A stretch of DNA of 64,000 bases from Pristiophorus japonicus. Its lineage: Eukaryota. This document shows positions 38,101 to 53,100 of the stretch, one piece after another. The translations under genes and the position numbers were made by a program. The stretch lies in NCBI RefSeq assembly GCF_044704955.1, contig NC_091995.1, positions 53,506,001 through 53,570,000 on the forward strand, read 5' to 3'. The notes below the pieces were generated by a model that saw nothing but the letters and a program-made list of their open reading frames with translations, did not search any database and was not told where the DNA came from. Numbering within the stretch: the first letter of the stretch is position 1; every line of letters begins with the position of its first letter.

Positions 38101-41100
38101 AGAGCACCAGTTCAAACTGTCACAGGACAGAGAGTGGAGAGCACCAGTTCAAACTGTCACAGGAGAGTGAGTGGAGAGCACCAGTTCAAACTGTCACAGG
38201 AGAGAGAGTGGAGAGCACCAGTTCAAACTGTCACAGGACAGAGCGTGGAGAGCACCAGTTCAAACTGTCACAGGACGGGAGAGTGGAGAGCACCAGTTCA
38301 AACTGTCACAGGACAGAGAGTGCAGAGCACCAGTTCCAACTGTCACAGGACAGAGAGTGGAGAGCACCAGTTCAAACTGTCACAGGACAGAGAGTGGAGA
38401 GCACCAGTTCCAACTGTCACAGGACAGAGAGTGGAGAGCACCAGTTCAAACTGTCACAGGACAGAGAGTGGAGAGCACCAGTTCCAACTGTCACAGGACA
38501 GAGATTGGAGAGGACCAGTTCAAACTGTCACAGGACAGAGAGTGGAGAGCACCAGTTCAAACTGTCACAGGACAGTGAGTGGAGAGCACCAGTTCCAACT
38601 GTCACAGGACGGGAGAGTGGAGAGCACCAGTTCACACTGTCACAGGACAGAGAGTGGGGAGCACCAGTTCCAACTGTCACAGGACAGAGAGTGGAGAGCA
38701 CCAGTTCAAACTGTCACAGGACAGAGAGTGGAGAGCACCAGTTCCAACTGTCACAGGACAGAGAATGGAGAGCACGAGTTCCAACTGTCACAGGACAGAG
38801 AGTGGAGAGCACCAGTTCCAACTGTCACAGGACAGAGAGTGGAGAGCACCAGTTCAAACTGTCACAGGACAGAGAGTGGAGAGCACCAGTTCCAACTGTC
38901 ACAGGACAGAGAGTGGAGAGCACCAGTTCAAACTGTCACAGGACAGAGAGTGGAGAGCACCAGTTCAAACTGTCACAGGACAGAGCGTGGAGAGCACCAG
39001 TTCCAACTGTCACAGGACGGGAGAGTGGAGAGCACCAGTTCAAACTGTCACAGGACAGAGAGTGGAGAGCACCAGTTCCAACTGTCACAGGACAGAGAGT
39101 GGAGAGCACCAGTTCAAACTGTCACAGGACAGAGAGTGGAGAGCACCAGTTCCAACTGTCACAGGACAGAGAGTGCAGAGCACCAGTTCCAACTGTCACA
39201 GGACAGAGAGTGGAGAGCATCAGTTTCAACTGTCACAGGACAGAGAGTGGAGAGCACCAGTTCCAACTGTCACAGGACGGGAGAGTGGAGAGCACCAGTT
39301 CAAACTGTCACAGGACAGAGAGTGGAGAGCACCAGTTCCAGCTGTCACAGGACAGAGAGTGGAGAGCACCAGTTCAAACTGTCACAGGACAGAGAGTGAA
39401 GAGCACCAGTTCCAACTGTCACAGGACAGAGAGTGGAGAGCACCAGTTCCAACTGTCACAGGACAGAGAGTGGAGAGCATCATTTTCAACTGTCACAGGA
39501 CAGAGAGTGGAGAGCACCAGTTCCAACTGTCACAGGACTGAGAGTGGAGAGCACCAGTTCAAACTGTCACAGGACAGAGAGTGGAGAGCACCAGTTCCAA
39601 CTGTCACAGGACAGAGAGTGGAGAGCACCAGTTCAAACTGTCACAGGACAGTGAGTGGAGAGCACCAGTTCCAACTGTCACAGGACGGGAGAATGGAGAG
39701 CACCAGTTCACACTGTCACAGGACAGAGAGTGGGGAGCACCAGTTCCAACTGTCACAGAACAGAGAGTGGAGAGCACCAGTTCAAACTGTCACAGGACAG
39801 AGAGTGGAGAGCACCAGTTCAAATTGTCACAGGACAGTGAGTGGAGAGCACCAGTTCCAACTGTCACAGGACAGAGAGTGGAGATCACCAGTTCAAACTG
39901 TCAGAGGACAGAGAGTGGAGAGCACCAGTTCAAATTGTCACAGGACAGTGAGTGGAGAGCACCAGTTCAAACTGTCACAGGACAGAGAGTGGAGAGCACC
40001 AGTTCAAACTGTCACAGGAGAGAGAGTGGAGAGCACCAGTTCAAACTGTCACAGGAGAGAGAGTGGAGAGCACCAGTTCAAACTGTCACAGGAGAGAGAG
40101 TGGAGAGCACCAGTTCAAACTGTCACAGGACAGAGCGTGGAGAGCACCAGTTCCAACTGTCACAGGACGGGAGAGTGGAGAGCACCAGTTCAAACTGTCA
40201 CAGGACAGAGAGTGGAGAGCACCAGTTCCAACTGTCACAGGACAGAGAGTGGAGAGCACCAGTTCAAACTGTCACAGGACAGAGAGTGGAGAGCACCAGT
40301 TCCAACTGTCACAGGACAGAGAGTGGAGAGCACCAGTTCCAACTGTCACAGGACAGAGAGTGGAGCGCCAGTTCAAACTGTCACAGGACAGAGAGTGGAG
40401 AGCACCAGTTCCAACTGTCACAGGACAGAGAGTGGAGAGCACCAGTTCCAACTGTCACAGGACAGAGAGTGGAGAGCACCAGTTCCAACTGTCACAGGAC
40501 AGAGAGTGGAGAGCACCAGTTCAAACTGTCACAGGACAGAGAGTGGAGAGCACCAGTTCGAACTGTCACAGGACAGAGAGTGGAGAGCACCAGTTCAAAC
40601 TGTCACAGGACAGAGAGTGGAGAGCACCAGTTCAAACTGTCACAGGACAGAGAGTGAAGAGCACCAGTTCCAACTCTCACAGGACGGGAGAGTGGAGAGC
40701 ACCAGTTCACACTGTCACAGGAGAGAGAGTGGGGAGCACCAGTTCCAACTGTCACAGGACAGAGTGTGGAGAGCACCAGTTCAAACTGTCACAGGACAGA
40801 GAGTGGAGAGCAGCAGTTCAAACTGTCACAGGAGAGAGAGTGGAGAGCACCAGTTCAAACTGTCACAGGACAGAGAGTGGAGACCACCAGTTCCAACTGT
40901 CACAGGACAGAGAGTGGAGAGCACCAGTTCAAACTGTCACAGGACAGAGAGTGGAGAGCACCAGTTCCAACTGTCACAGGACAGAGAGTGGGGAGCACCA
41001 GTTCCAACTGTCACAGGACAGAGTGTGGAGAGCACCAGTTCAAACTGTCACAGGACAGAGAGTGGAGAGCACCAGTTCCAACTGTCACAGGACAGAGAGT

Positions 41101-44100
41101 GGAGAGCACCAGTTCCAACTGTCACAGGAGAGAGAGTGGAGAGCACCAGTTCAAACTGTCACAGGACAGAGAGTGGAGCACCAGTTCAAACTGTCACAGG
41201 ACAGAGAGTGGAGAGCACCAGTTCCAACTGTCACAGGACAGAGAGTGGAGAGCACCAGTTCCAACTGTCACAGGACAGAGAGTGGAGAGCACCAGTTCCA
41301 ACTGTCACAGGACAGAGAGTGGAGAGCACCAGTTCAAACTGTCACAGGACAGAGAGTGGAGAGCACCAGTTCCAACTGTCACAGGACAGAGAGTGGAGAG
41401 CACCAGTTCAAACTGTCACAGGACAGAGAGTGGAGAGCACCAGTTCAAACTGTCACAGGACAGAGAGTGGAGAGCACCAGTTCCAACTGTCACAGGACGG
41501 GAGAGTGGAGAGCACCAGTTCACACTGTCACAGGACAGAGAGTGGGGAGCACCAGTTCCAACTGTCACAGGACAGAGTGTGGAGAGCACCAGTTCAAACT
41601 GTCACAGGACAGAGAGTGGAGAGCAGCAGTTCAAACTGTCACAGGAGAGAGAGTGGAGAGCACCAGTTCAAACTTTCACAGGACAGAGAGTGGAGAGCAC
41701 CAGTTCCAACTGTTACAGGACAGAGAGTGGAGAGCACCAGTTCAAACTGTCACAGGACAGAGAGTGGAGAGCACCAGTTCCAACTGTCACAGGACAGAGA
41801 GTGGAGAGCACCAGTTCAAACTGTCACAGGACAGAGAGTGGAGAGCACCAGTTCAAACTGTCACAGGACAGTGAGTGGAGAGCACCAGTTCCAACTGTCA
41901 CAGGACAGAGAGTGGAGAGCACCAGTTCAAACTGTCACAGGACAGAGAGTGGAGAGCACCAGTTCAAACTGTCACAGGAGAGAGAGTGGAGAGCACCAGT
42001 TCAAACTGTCACAGGAGAGAGAGTGGAGAGCACCAGTTCAAACTGTCACAGGACAGAGCGTGGAGAGCACCAGTTCCAACTGTCACAGGACGGGAGAGTG
42101 GAGAGCACCAGTTCAAACTGTCACAGGAAAGAGAGTGGAGAGCACCAGTTCCAGCTGTCACAGGACAGAGAGTGGAGAGCACCAGTTCAAACTGTCACAG
42201 GACAGAGAGTGGAGAGCACCAGTTCCAACTGTCACAGGACAGAGAGTGGAGAGCACCAGTTCCAACTGTCACAGGACAGAGAGTGGAGAGCATCATTTTC
42301 AACTGTCACAGGACAGAGAGTGGAGAGCACCAGTTCCAACTGTCACAGGACAGAGAGTGGAGAGCACCAGTTCAAACTGTCACAGGACAGAGAGTGGAGA
42401 GCACCAGTTCCAACTGTCACAGGACAGAGAGTGGAGAGCACCAGTTCAAACTGCCACAGGACAGTGAGTGGAGAGCACCAGTTCCAACTGTCACAGGACG
42501 GGAGAATGGAGAGCACCAGTTCACACTGTCACAGGACAGAGAGTGGGGAGCACCAGTTCCAACTGTCACAGAACAGAGAGTGGAGAGCACCAGTTCAAAC
42601 TGTCACAGGACAGAGAGTGGAGAGCACCAGTTCAAACTGTCACAGGACAGTGAGTGGAGAGCACCAGTTCCAACTGTCACAGGACAGAGAGTGGAGATCA
42701 CCAGTTCAAACTGTCACAGGACAGAGAGTGGAGAGCACCAGTTCAAACTGTCACAGGACAGTGAGTGGAGAGCACCAGTTCAAACTGTCACAGGACAGAG
42801 AGTGGAGAGCACCAGTTCAAACTGTCACAGGAGAGAGAGTGGAGAGCACCAGTTCAAACTGTCACAGGAGAGAGAGTGGAGAGCACCAGTTCAAACTGTC
42901 ACAGGAGAGAGAGTGGAGAGCACCAGTTCAAACTGTCACAGGACAGAGCGTGGAGAGCACCAGTTCCAACTGTCACAGGACGGGAGAGTGGAGAGCACCA
43001 GTTCAAACTGTCACAGGACAGAGAGTGGAGAGCACCAGTTCCAACTGTCACAGGACAGAGAGTGGAGAGCACCAGTTCAAACTGTCACAGGACAGAGAGT
43101 GGAGAGCACCAGTTCCAACTGTCACAGGACAGAGAGTGGAGAGCACCAGTTCCAACTGTCACAGGACAGAGAGTGGAGAGCATCAGTTTCAACTGTCACA
43201 GGACAGAGAGTGGAGAGCACCAGTTCCAACTGTCACAGGACAGAGAGTGGAGAGCACCAGTTCAAACTGTCACAGGACAGAGAGTGGAGAGCACCAGTTC
43301 CAACTGTCACAGGACAGAGAGTGGAGAGCACCAGTTCCAACTGTCACAGGACAGAGAGTGGAGAGCACCAGTTCCAACTGTCACAGGACAGAGAGTGGAG
43401 AGCACCAGGTCAAACTGTCACAGGACAGAGAGTGGAGAGCACCAGTTCAAACTGTCACAGGACAGAGAGTGGAGAGCACCAGTTCCAACTGTCACAGGAC
43501 AGAGAGTGGAGAGCACCAGTTCAAACTGTCACAGGACAGAGAGTGGAGAGCACCAGTTCAAACTGTCACAGGACAGAGAGTGGAGAGCACCAGTTCCAAC
43601 TGTCACAGGACAGAGAGTGGAGAGCACCAGTTCCAACTGTCACAGGACAGAGAGTGGAGAGCACCAGTTCAAACTGTCACAGGACAGAGAGTGGAGAGCA
43701 CCAGTTCAAACTGTCACAGGACGGGAGAGTGGAGAGCACCAGTTGAAACTGTCACAGGACAGAGAGTGGAGAGCACCAGTTCAAACTGTCACAGGACAGT
43801 GAGTGGAGAGCACCAGTTCCAACTGTCACAGGACAGAGAGTGGAGAGCACCAGTTCAAACTGTCACAGGACAGAGAGTGGAGAGCACCAGTTCAAACTGC
43901 CACAGGAGAGAGAGTGGAGAGCAACAGTTCAAACTGTCACAGGAGAGAGAGTGGAGAGCACCAGTTCAAACTGTCACAGGACAGAGAGTGGAGAGCACCA
44001 GTTCCAACTGTCACAGGACGGGAGAGTGGAGAGCACCAGTTCAAACTGTCACAGAACAGAGAGTGGAGAGCACCAGTTCCAACTGTCACAGGACAGAGAG

Positions 44101-47100
44101 TGGAGAGCACCAGTTCAAACTGTCACAGGACAGAGAGTGGAGAGCAGCAGTTCCAACTTTCACAGGACAGAGAGTGGAGAGCACCAGTTCCAACTGTCAC
44201 AGGACAGAGAGTGGAGAGCATCAGTTTCAACTGTCACAGGACAGAGAGTGGAGAGCACCAGTTCCAACTGTCACAGGACAGAGAGTGGAGAGCACCAGTT
44301 CAAACTGTCACAGGACAGAGAGTGGAGAGCACCAGTTCCAACTGTCACAGGACAGAGAGTGGAGAGCACCAGTTCAAACTGTCACAGGACAGTGAGTGGA
44401 GAGCACCAGTTCCAACTGTCACAGGACCGGAGAGTGGAGAGCACCAGTTCACACTGTCACAGGACAGAGAGTGGGGAGCACCAGTTCCAACTGTCACAGG
44501 ACAGAGAATGGAGAGCACCAGTTCAAACTGTCACAGGACAGAGAGTGGAGAGCACCAGTTCCAACTGTCACAGGACAGAGAGTGGAGAGCATCAGTTCCA
44601 ACTGTCACAGGACAGAGAGTGGAGAGCACCAGTTCAAACTGTCACAGGACAGAGAGTGGAGAGCACCAGTTCACACTGTCACAGGACAGAGAGTGGAGAG
44701 CACCAGTTCCAACTGTCACAGGACAGAGAGTGGAGAGCACCAGTTCCAACTGTCACAGGACAGAGAGTGGAGAGCACCAGTTCAAACTGTCACAGGACAG
44801 AGAGTGGAGAGCACCAGTTCAAACTGTCACAGGACAGAGAGTGGAGAGCACCAGTTCAAACTGTCACAGGACAGAGAGTGGACAGCACCAGTTCAAACTG
44901 TCACAGGACAGAGAGTGGAGAGCACCAGTTCAAACTGTCACAGGACAGTGAGTGGAGAGCACCAGTTCCAACTGTGACAGGACAGAGAGTGGAGAGCACC
45001 AGTTCAAAGTGTCACAGGATGGGAGAGTGGAGAGCACCAGTTCCAACTGTCAGAGGATGGGAGAGTGGAGAGCACCAGTTCAAACTGTCACAGGACAGTG
45101 AGTGGAGAGCACCAGTTCAAACTGTCACAGGACAGAAAGTGGAGAGCACCAGTTCAAACTGTCACAGGACAGAGAGTGGAGAGCACCAGTTCAAACTGTC
45201 ACAGGAGAGAGAGTGGAGAGCACCAGTTCAAACTGTCACAGGAGAGAGAGTGGAGAGCACCAGTTCAAACTGTCACAGGACAGAGCGTGGAGAGCACCAG
45301 TTCCAACTGTCACAGGACAGAGAGTGGAGAGCACCAGTTCCAACTGTCACAGGACAGAGAGTGGAGAGCACCAGTTCAAACTGTCACAGGACAGAGAGTG
45401 GAGAGCACCAGTTCCAACTGTCACAGGACAGAGAGTGGAGAGCACTAGTTCCAACCGTCACAGGACAGAGAGTGGAGAGCATCAGTTTCAACTGTCACAG
45501 GACAGAGAGTGGAGAGCACCAGTTCCAACTGTCACAGGACAGAGAGTGGAGAGCACCAGTTCAAACTGTCACAGGACAGAGAGTGGAGAGCACCAGTTCC
45601 AACTGTCACAGGACAGAGAGTGGAGAGCACCAGTTCAAACTGTCACAGGACAGAGAGTGGAGAGCACCAGTTCAAACTGTCACAGGACAGTGAGTGGAGA
45701 GCACCAGTTCCAACTGTCACAGGACCGGAGAGTGGAGAGCACCAGTTCACACTGTCACAGGACAGAGAGTGGGGAGCACCTGTTCCAACTGTCACAGGAC
45801 AGAGAGTGGAGAGCACCAGTTCAAACTGTCACAGGACAGAGAGTGGAGAGCACCAGTTCAAACTGTCACAGGACAGAGAGTGGAGAGCACCAGTTCAAAC
45901 TGTCACAGGACAGAGAGTGGAGAGCACCAGTTCCAACTGTCACAGGACAGAGAGTGGAGAGCACCAGTTCAAACTGTCACAGGACAGAGAGTGGAGAGCA
46001 CCAGTTCAAACTGTCACAGGACAGAGTGTGGAGAGCACCAGTTCCAACTGTCACAGGACGGGAGAGTGGAGAGCACCAGTTCAAACTGTCACAGGACAGA
46101 GAGTGGAGAGCACCAGTTCCAACTGTCACAGGACAGAGAGTGGAGAGCACCAGTTCAAACTGTCACAGGACAGAGAGTGGAGAGCACCAGTTCCAACTGT
46201 CACAGGACAGAGAGTGGAGAGCACCAGTTCCAACTGTCACAGGACAGAGAGTGGAGTGCATCAGTTTCAACTGTCACAGGACAGAGAGTGGAGAGCACCA
46301 GTTCCAACTGTCACAGGACAGAGAGTGGAGAGCACCAGTTCAAACTGTCACAGGACAGAGAGTGGAGAGCACCAGTTCAAACTGTCACAGGACAGTGAGT
46401 GGAGAGCACCAGTTCGAACTGTCACAGGACGGGAGAGTGGAGAGCACCAGTTCACACTGTCACAGGACAGAGAGTGGGGAGCACCAGTTCCAACTGTCAC
46501 AGGACAGAGTGTGGAGAGCACCAGTTCAAACTGTCACAGGACAGAGAGTGGAGAGCACCAGTTCAATCTGTCACAGGAGAGAGAGTGGAGAGCACCAGTT
46601 CAAACTGTCACAGGACAGAGAGTGGAGAGCACCAGTTCCAACTGTCACAGGACAGAGAGTGGACAGCACCAGTTCAAACTGTCACAGGACAGAGAGTGGA
46701 GAGCACCAGTTCAAACTGTCACAGGACAGAGAGTGGAGAGCACCAGTTCCAACTGTCACAGGACAGAGAGTGGAGAGCACCAGTTCAAACTGTCACAGGA
46801 CAGAGAGTGGAGAGCACCAGTTCCAACTGTCACAGGACAGAGAGTGGAGAGCACCAGTTCAAACTGTCACAGGACAGAGAGTGGAGGGCACCAGTTCCAA
46901 CTGTCACAGGACAGAGAGTGGGGAGCACCAGTTCCCACTGTCACAGGACGGGAGAGTGGAGAGCACCAGTTCAAACTGTCAAAGGACAGAGAGTGGAGAG
47001 CACCAGTTCAAACTGTCACAGGACAGAGAGTGGAGAGCACCAGTTCAAACTGTCACAGGACAGAGAGTGGAGAGCACCAGTTCCAACTGTCACAGGACAG

Positions 47101-50100
47101 AGAGTGGAGAGCACCAGTTCAAACTGTCACAGGAGAGAGAGTGGAGAGCACCAGTTCAAACTGTCACAGGAGAGAGAGTGGAGAGCACCAGTTCAAACTG
47201 TCACAGGACAGAGCGTGGAGAGCACCAGTTCCAACTGTCACAGGACGGGAGAGTGGAGAGCACCAGTTCAAACTGTCACAGGACAGAAAGTGGAGAGCAC
47301 CAGTTCCAACTGTCACAGGACAGAGAGTGGAGAGCACCAGTTCAAACTGTCACAGGACAGAGAGTGGAGAGCACCAGTTCCAACTGTCACAGGACAGAGA
47401 GTGGAGAGCACCAGTTCAAACTGTCACAGGACAGAGAGTGGAGAGCACCAGTTCCAACTGTCATAGGACAGAGAGTGGAGAGCACCAGTTCAAACTGTCA
47501 CAGGACAGAGAGTGGAGAGCACCAGTTCCAACTGTCACAGGACAGAGAGTGGAGAGCACCAGTTCCAACTGTCACAGGACAGAGAGTGGAGAGCACCAGT
47601 TCCAACTGTCACAGGACAGAGAGTGGAGAGCACCAGTTCAAACTGTCACAGGACAGAGAGTGGAGAGCACCAGTTCAAACTGTCACAGGACAGAGAGTGG
47701 AGAGCACCAGTTCCAACTGTCACAGGACAGAGAGTGGAGAGCACCAGTTCAAACTGTCACAGGACAGAGAGTGGAGAGCACCAGTTCAAACTGTCACAGG
47801 ACAGAGAGTGGAGAGCACCAGTTCCAACTGTCACAGGACAGAGAGTGGAGAGCACCAGTTCAAACTGTCACAGGACAGAGAGTGGAGAGCACCAGTTCCA
47901 ACTGTCACAGGACAGAGAGTGGAGAGCACCAGTTCAAACTGTCACAGGACAGAGAGTGGACAGCACCAGTTCTAACTGTCACAGGACAGAGAGTGGAGAG
48001 CACCAGTTCAAACTGTCACAGGACAGAGAGTGGAGAGCACCAGTTCAAACTGTCACAGGACAGAGAGTGGAGAGCACCAGTTCCAACTGTCATAGGACAG
48101 AGAGTGGAGAGCACCAGTTCAAACTGTCACAGGACAGAGAGTGGAGAGCACCAGTTCCAACTGTCACAGGACAGAGAGTGGAGAGCACCAGTTCCAACTG
48201 TCACAGGACAGAGAGTGGAGAGCACCAGTTCCAACTGTCACAGGACAGAGAGTGGAGAGCACCAGTTCAAACTGTCACAGGACAGAGAGTGGAGAGCACC
48301 AGTTCAAACTGTCACAGGACAGAGAGTGGAGAGCACCAGTTCCAACTGTCACAGGACAGAGAGTGGAGAGCACCAGTTCAAACTGTCACAGGACAGAGAG
48401 TGGAGAGCACCAGTTCAAACTGTCACAGGACAGAGAGTGGAGAGCACCAGTTCCAACTGTCACAGGACAGAGAGTGGAGAGCACCAGTTCAAACTGTCAC
48501 AGGACAGAGAGTGGAGAGCACCAGTTCCAACTGTCACAGGACAGAGAGTGGAGAGCACCAGTTCAAACTGTCACAGGACAGAGAGTGGACAGCACCAGTT
48601 CTAACTGTCACAGGACAGAGAGTGGAGAGCACCAGTTCAAACTGTCACAGGACAGAGAGTGGAGAGCACCAGTTCCAACTGTCACCGGACGGGAGAGTGG
48701 AGAGCACCATTTCAAACTGTCACAGGACAGAGAGAGGAGAGCACCAGTTCCAACTGTCACAGGACAGAGAGTGGGGAGCACCAGTTCCCAATCTCACAGG
48801 ACGGGAGAGTGGAGAGCACCAGTTCCAACTGTCACAGGACAGAGAGTGGACAGCACCAGTTCAAACTGTCACAGGACAGAGCGTGGAGAGCACCAGTTCA
48901 AACTGTCACAGGACAGTGAGTGGAGAGCACCAGTTCAAACTGTCACAGGACAGAGAGTGGAGAGCACCAGTTCAAACTGTCACAGGACAGAGAGTGGAGA
49001 GCACCAGTTCCAACTGTCACAGGACAGAGAGTGGAGAGCACCAGTTCAAACTGTCACAGGACAGAGAGTGGACAGCACCAGTTCCAACTGTCACAGGACA
49101 GAGAGTGGAGAGCACCAGTTCAAACTGTCACAGGACAGAGAATGGAGAGCACCAGTTCCAACTGTCACCGGACGGGAGAGTGGAGAGCACCAGTTCAAAC
49201 TGTCACAGGACAGAGAGTGGAGAGCACCATTTCAAACTGTCACAGGACAGAGAGGAGAGCACCAGTTCCAACTGTCACAGGACAGAGAGTGGGGAGCACC
49301 AGTTCCCACTGTCACAGGACGGGAGAGTGGAGAGCACCAGTTCAAACTGTCACAGGACAGAGAGTGGAGAGCACCAGTATAAACTGTCACAGGACAGTGA
49401 GTGGAGAGCACCAGTTCCAACTGTCACAGGACAGAGAGTGGAGAGCACCAGTTCAAACTGTCACAGGACAGAGAGTGGAGAGCACCAGTTCAAACTGTCA
49501 CAGGAGAGAGAGTGGAGAGCACCAGTTCAAACTGTCACAGGAGAGAGAGTGGAGAGCACCAGTTCAAACTGTCACAGGACAGAGCGTGGAGAGCACCAGT
49601 TCCAACTGTCACAGGACGGGAGAGTGGAGAGCACCAGTTCAAACTGTCACAGGACAGAGAGTGGAGAGCACCAGTTCCAACTGTCACAGGACAGAGAGTG
49701 GAGAGCACCAGTTCAAACTGTCACAGGACAGAGAGTGGAGAGAACCAGTTCCAACTGTCACAGGACGGGAGAGTGGAGAGCACCAGTTCACACTGTCACA
49801 GGACAGAGAGTGGGGAGCACCAGTTCCAACTGTCACAGGACAGAGAGTGGAGAGCACCAGTTCAAACTGTCACAGGACAGTGAGTGGAGAGCACCAGTTC
49901 CAACTGTCACAGGACGGGAGAGTGGAGAGCACCAGTTCACACTGTCACAGGACAGAGAGTGGGGAGCACCAGTTCCAACTGTCACAGGACAGAGAGTGGA
50001 GAGCACCAGTTCAAACTGTCACAGGACAGAGAGTGGAGAGCACCAGTTCAAACTGTCACAGGACAGAGAGTGGAGAGCACCAGTTCCAACTGTCACAGGA

Positions 50101-53100
50101 CAGAGATTGGAGAGCACCAGTTCAAACTGTCACAGGACAGAGAGTGGAGAGCACCAGTTCAAACTGTCACAGGACAGAGAGTGGAGAGCACCAGTTCCAA
50201 CTGTCACAGGACAGAGAGTGGAGAGCACCAGTTCAAACTGTCACAGGACAGAGAGTGGAGAGCACCAGTTCAAACTGTCACAGGACAGAGAGTGGAGAGC
50301 ACCAGTTCAAACTGTCACAGGACAGAGAGTGGAGAGCACCAGTTCAAACTGTCACAGGACAGAGAGTGGACAGCACCAGTTCAAACTGTCACAGGACAGA
50401 GAGTGGAGAGCACCAGTTCAAACTGTCACAGGACAGTGAGTGGAGAGCACCAGTTCCAACTGTCACAGGACAGAGAGTGGAGAGCACCAGTTCAAACTGT
50501 CACAGGATGGGAGAGTGGAGAGCACCAGTTCAAACTGTCACAGGACAGTGAGTGGAGAGCACCAGTTCAAACTGTCACAGGACAGAGAGTGGAGAACACC
50601 AGTTCAAACTGCCACAGGACAGAGAGTGGAGAGCACCAGTTCAAACTGTCACAGGAGAGAGAGTGGAGAGCACCAGTTCAAACTGTCACAGGAGAGAGAG
50701 TGGAGAGCACCAGTTCAAACTGTCACAGGACAGAGCGTGGAGAGCACCAGTTCCAACTGTCACAGGACAGAGAGTGGAGAGCACCAGTTCCAACTGTCAC
50801 AGGACAGAGAGTGGAGAGCACCAGTTCCAACTGTCACAGGACAGAGAGTGGAGAGCACCACTTCCAACTGTCACAGGACAGAGAGTGGAGAGCATATGTT
50901 CAAACTGTCACAGGACAGAGAGTGGAGAGCATCAGTTTCAACTGTCACTGGACAGAGAGTGGAGAGCACCAGTTCAAACTGTCACAGGAGAGAGAGTGGA
51001 GAGCACCAGTTCAAACTGTCACAGGACAGAGAGTGGAGAGCATCAGTTTCAACTGTCACAGGACAGTGAGTGGAGAGCACCAGTTCAATCTGTCACAGGA
51101 CAGAGAGTGGAGAGCACCAGTTCAAACTGTCACAGGACAGAGAGTGGACAGCACCAGTTCAAACTGTCACAGGACAGAGAGTGGAGAGCACCAGTTCAAA
51201 CTGTCACAGGACAGTGAGTGGAGAGCACCAGTTCCAACTGTCACAGGACAGAGAGTGGAGAGCACCAGTTCAAACTGTCACAGGATGGGAGAGTGGAGAG
51301 CACCAGTTCAAACTGTCACAGGACAGTGAGTGGAGAGCACCAGTTCAAACTGTCACAGGACAGAGAGTGGAGAGCACCAGTTCAAACTGTCACAGGACAG
51401 AGAGTGGAGAGCACCAGTTCCAACTGTCACAGGACAGAGAGTGGAGAGCACCAGTTCCAACTGTCACAGGACAGAGAGTGGAGAGCACCAGTTCAAACTG
51501 TCACAGGAGAGAGAGTGGAGAGCACCAGTTCAAACTGTCACAGGACAGTGCGTGGAGAGCACCAGTTCCAACTGTCACAGGACAGAGTGGAGAGCACCAG
51601 TTCCAACTGTCACAGGACAGAGAGTGGAGAGCACCAGTTCCAACTGTCACAGGACAGAGAGTGGAGAGCATATGTTCAAACTGTCACAGGACAGAGAGTG
51701 GAGAGCATCAGTTTCAACTGTCACTGGACAGAGAGTGGAGAGCACCAGTTCAAACTGTCACAGGAGAGAGAGTGGAGAGCACCAGTTCAAACTGTCACAG
51801 GACAGAGCGTGGAGAGCACCAGTTCCAACTGTCACAGGACAGAGAGTGGAGAGCACCAGTTCCAACTGTCACAGGACAGAGAGCGGAGAGCACCAGTTCC
51901 AACTGTCACAGGACAGAGAGTGGAGAGCATATGTTCAAACTGTCACAGGACAGAGAGTGGAGAGCACCAGTTCAAACTGTCACAGGACAGTGAGTGGAGA
52001 GCACCAGTTCACACTGTCACAGGACAGAGAGTGGGGAGCACCAGTTCCAACTGTCACAGGACAGAGAGTGGAGAGCACCAGTTCCAACTGTCACAGGACA
52101 GAGAGTGGAGAGCATATGTTCAAACTGTCACAGGACAGAGAGTGGAGAGCACCAGTTCAAACTGTCACAGGACAGTGAGTGGAGAGCACCAGTTCACACT
52201 GTCACAGGACAGAGAGTGGGGAGCACCAGTTCCAACTGTCACAGGACAGAGAGTGGAGAGCACCAGTTCAAACTGTCACAGGACAGAGAGTGGAGAGCAC
52301 CAGTTCCAACTGTCACAGGACAGAGAGTGGAGAGCACCAGTTCCAACTGTCACAGGACAGAGAGTGGAGAGCACCAGTTCAAACTGTCACAGGACAGAGA
52401 GTGGAGAGCACCAGTTCAAACTGTTACAGGACAGAGAGTGGAGAGCACCAGTTCCAACTGTCACAGGACAGAGAGTGGAGAGCACCAGTTCCAACTGTCA
52501 CAGGACAGAGAGTGGAGAGCACCAGTTCAAACTGTCACAGGACAGAGTGTGGAGAGCACCAGTTCCAACTGTCACAGGACGGGAGAGTGGAGAGCACCAG
52601 TTCAAACTGTCACAGGACAGAGAGTGGAGAGCACCAGTTCCAACTGTCACAGGACAGAGAGTGGAGAGCACCAGTTCCAACTGTCACAGGACAGAGAGTG
52701 GAGAGCATCAGTTTCAACTGTCACAGGACAGAGAATGGATTGCACCAGTTCCAACTGTCACAGGACAGAGAGTGGAGAGCACCAGTTCAAACTGTCACAG
52801 GACAGAGAGTGGAGAGCACCAGTTCAAACTGTCACAGGACAGTGAGTGGAGAGCACCAGTTCGAACTGTCACAGGACGGGAGAGTGGAGAGCACCAGTTC
52901 ACACTGTCACAGGACAGAGAGTGGGGAGCACCAGTTCCAACTGTCACAGGACAGAGTGTGGAGAGCACCAGTTCAAACTGTCACAGGACAGAGAGTGGAG
53001 AGCACCAGTTCAAACTGTCACAGGAGAGAGAGTGGAGAGCACCAGTTCAAGCTGTCACAGGACAGAGAGTGGAGAGCACCAGTTCCAACTGTCACAGGAC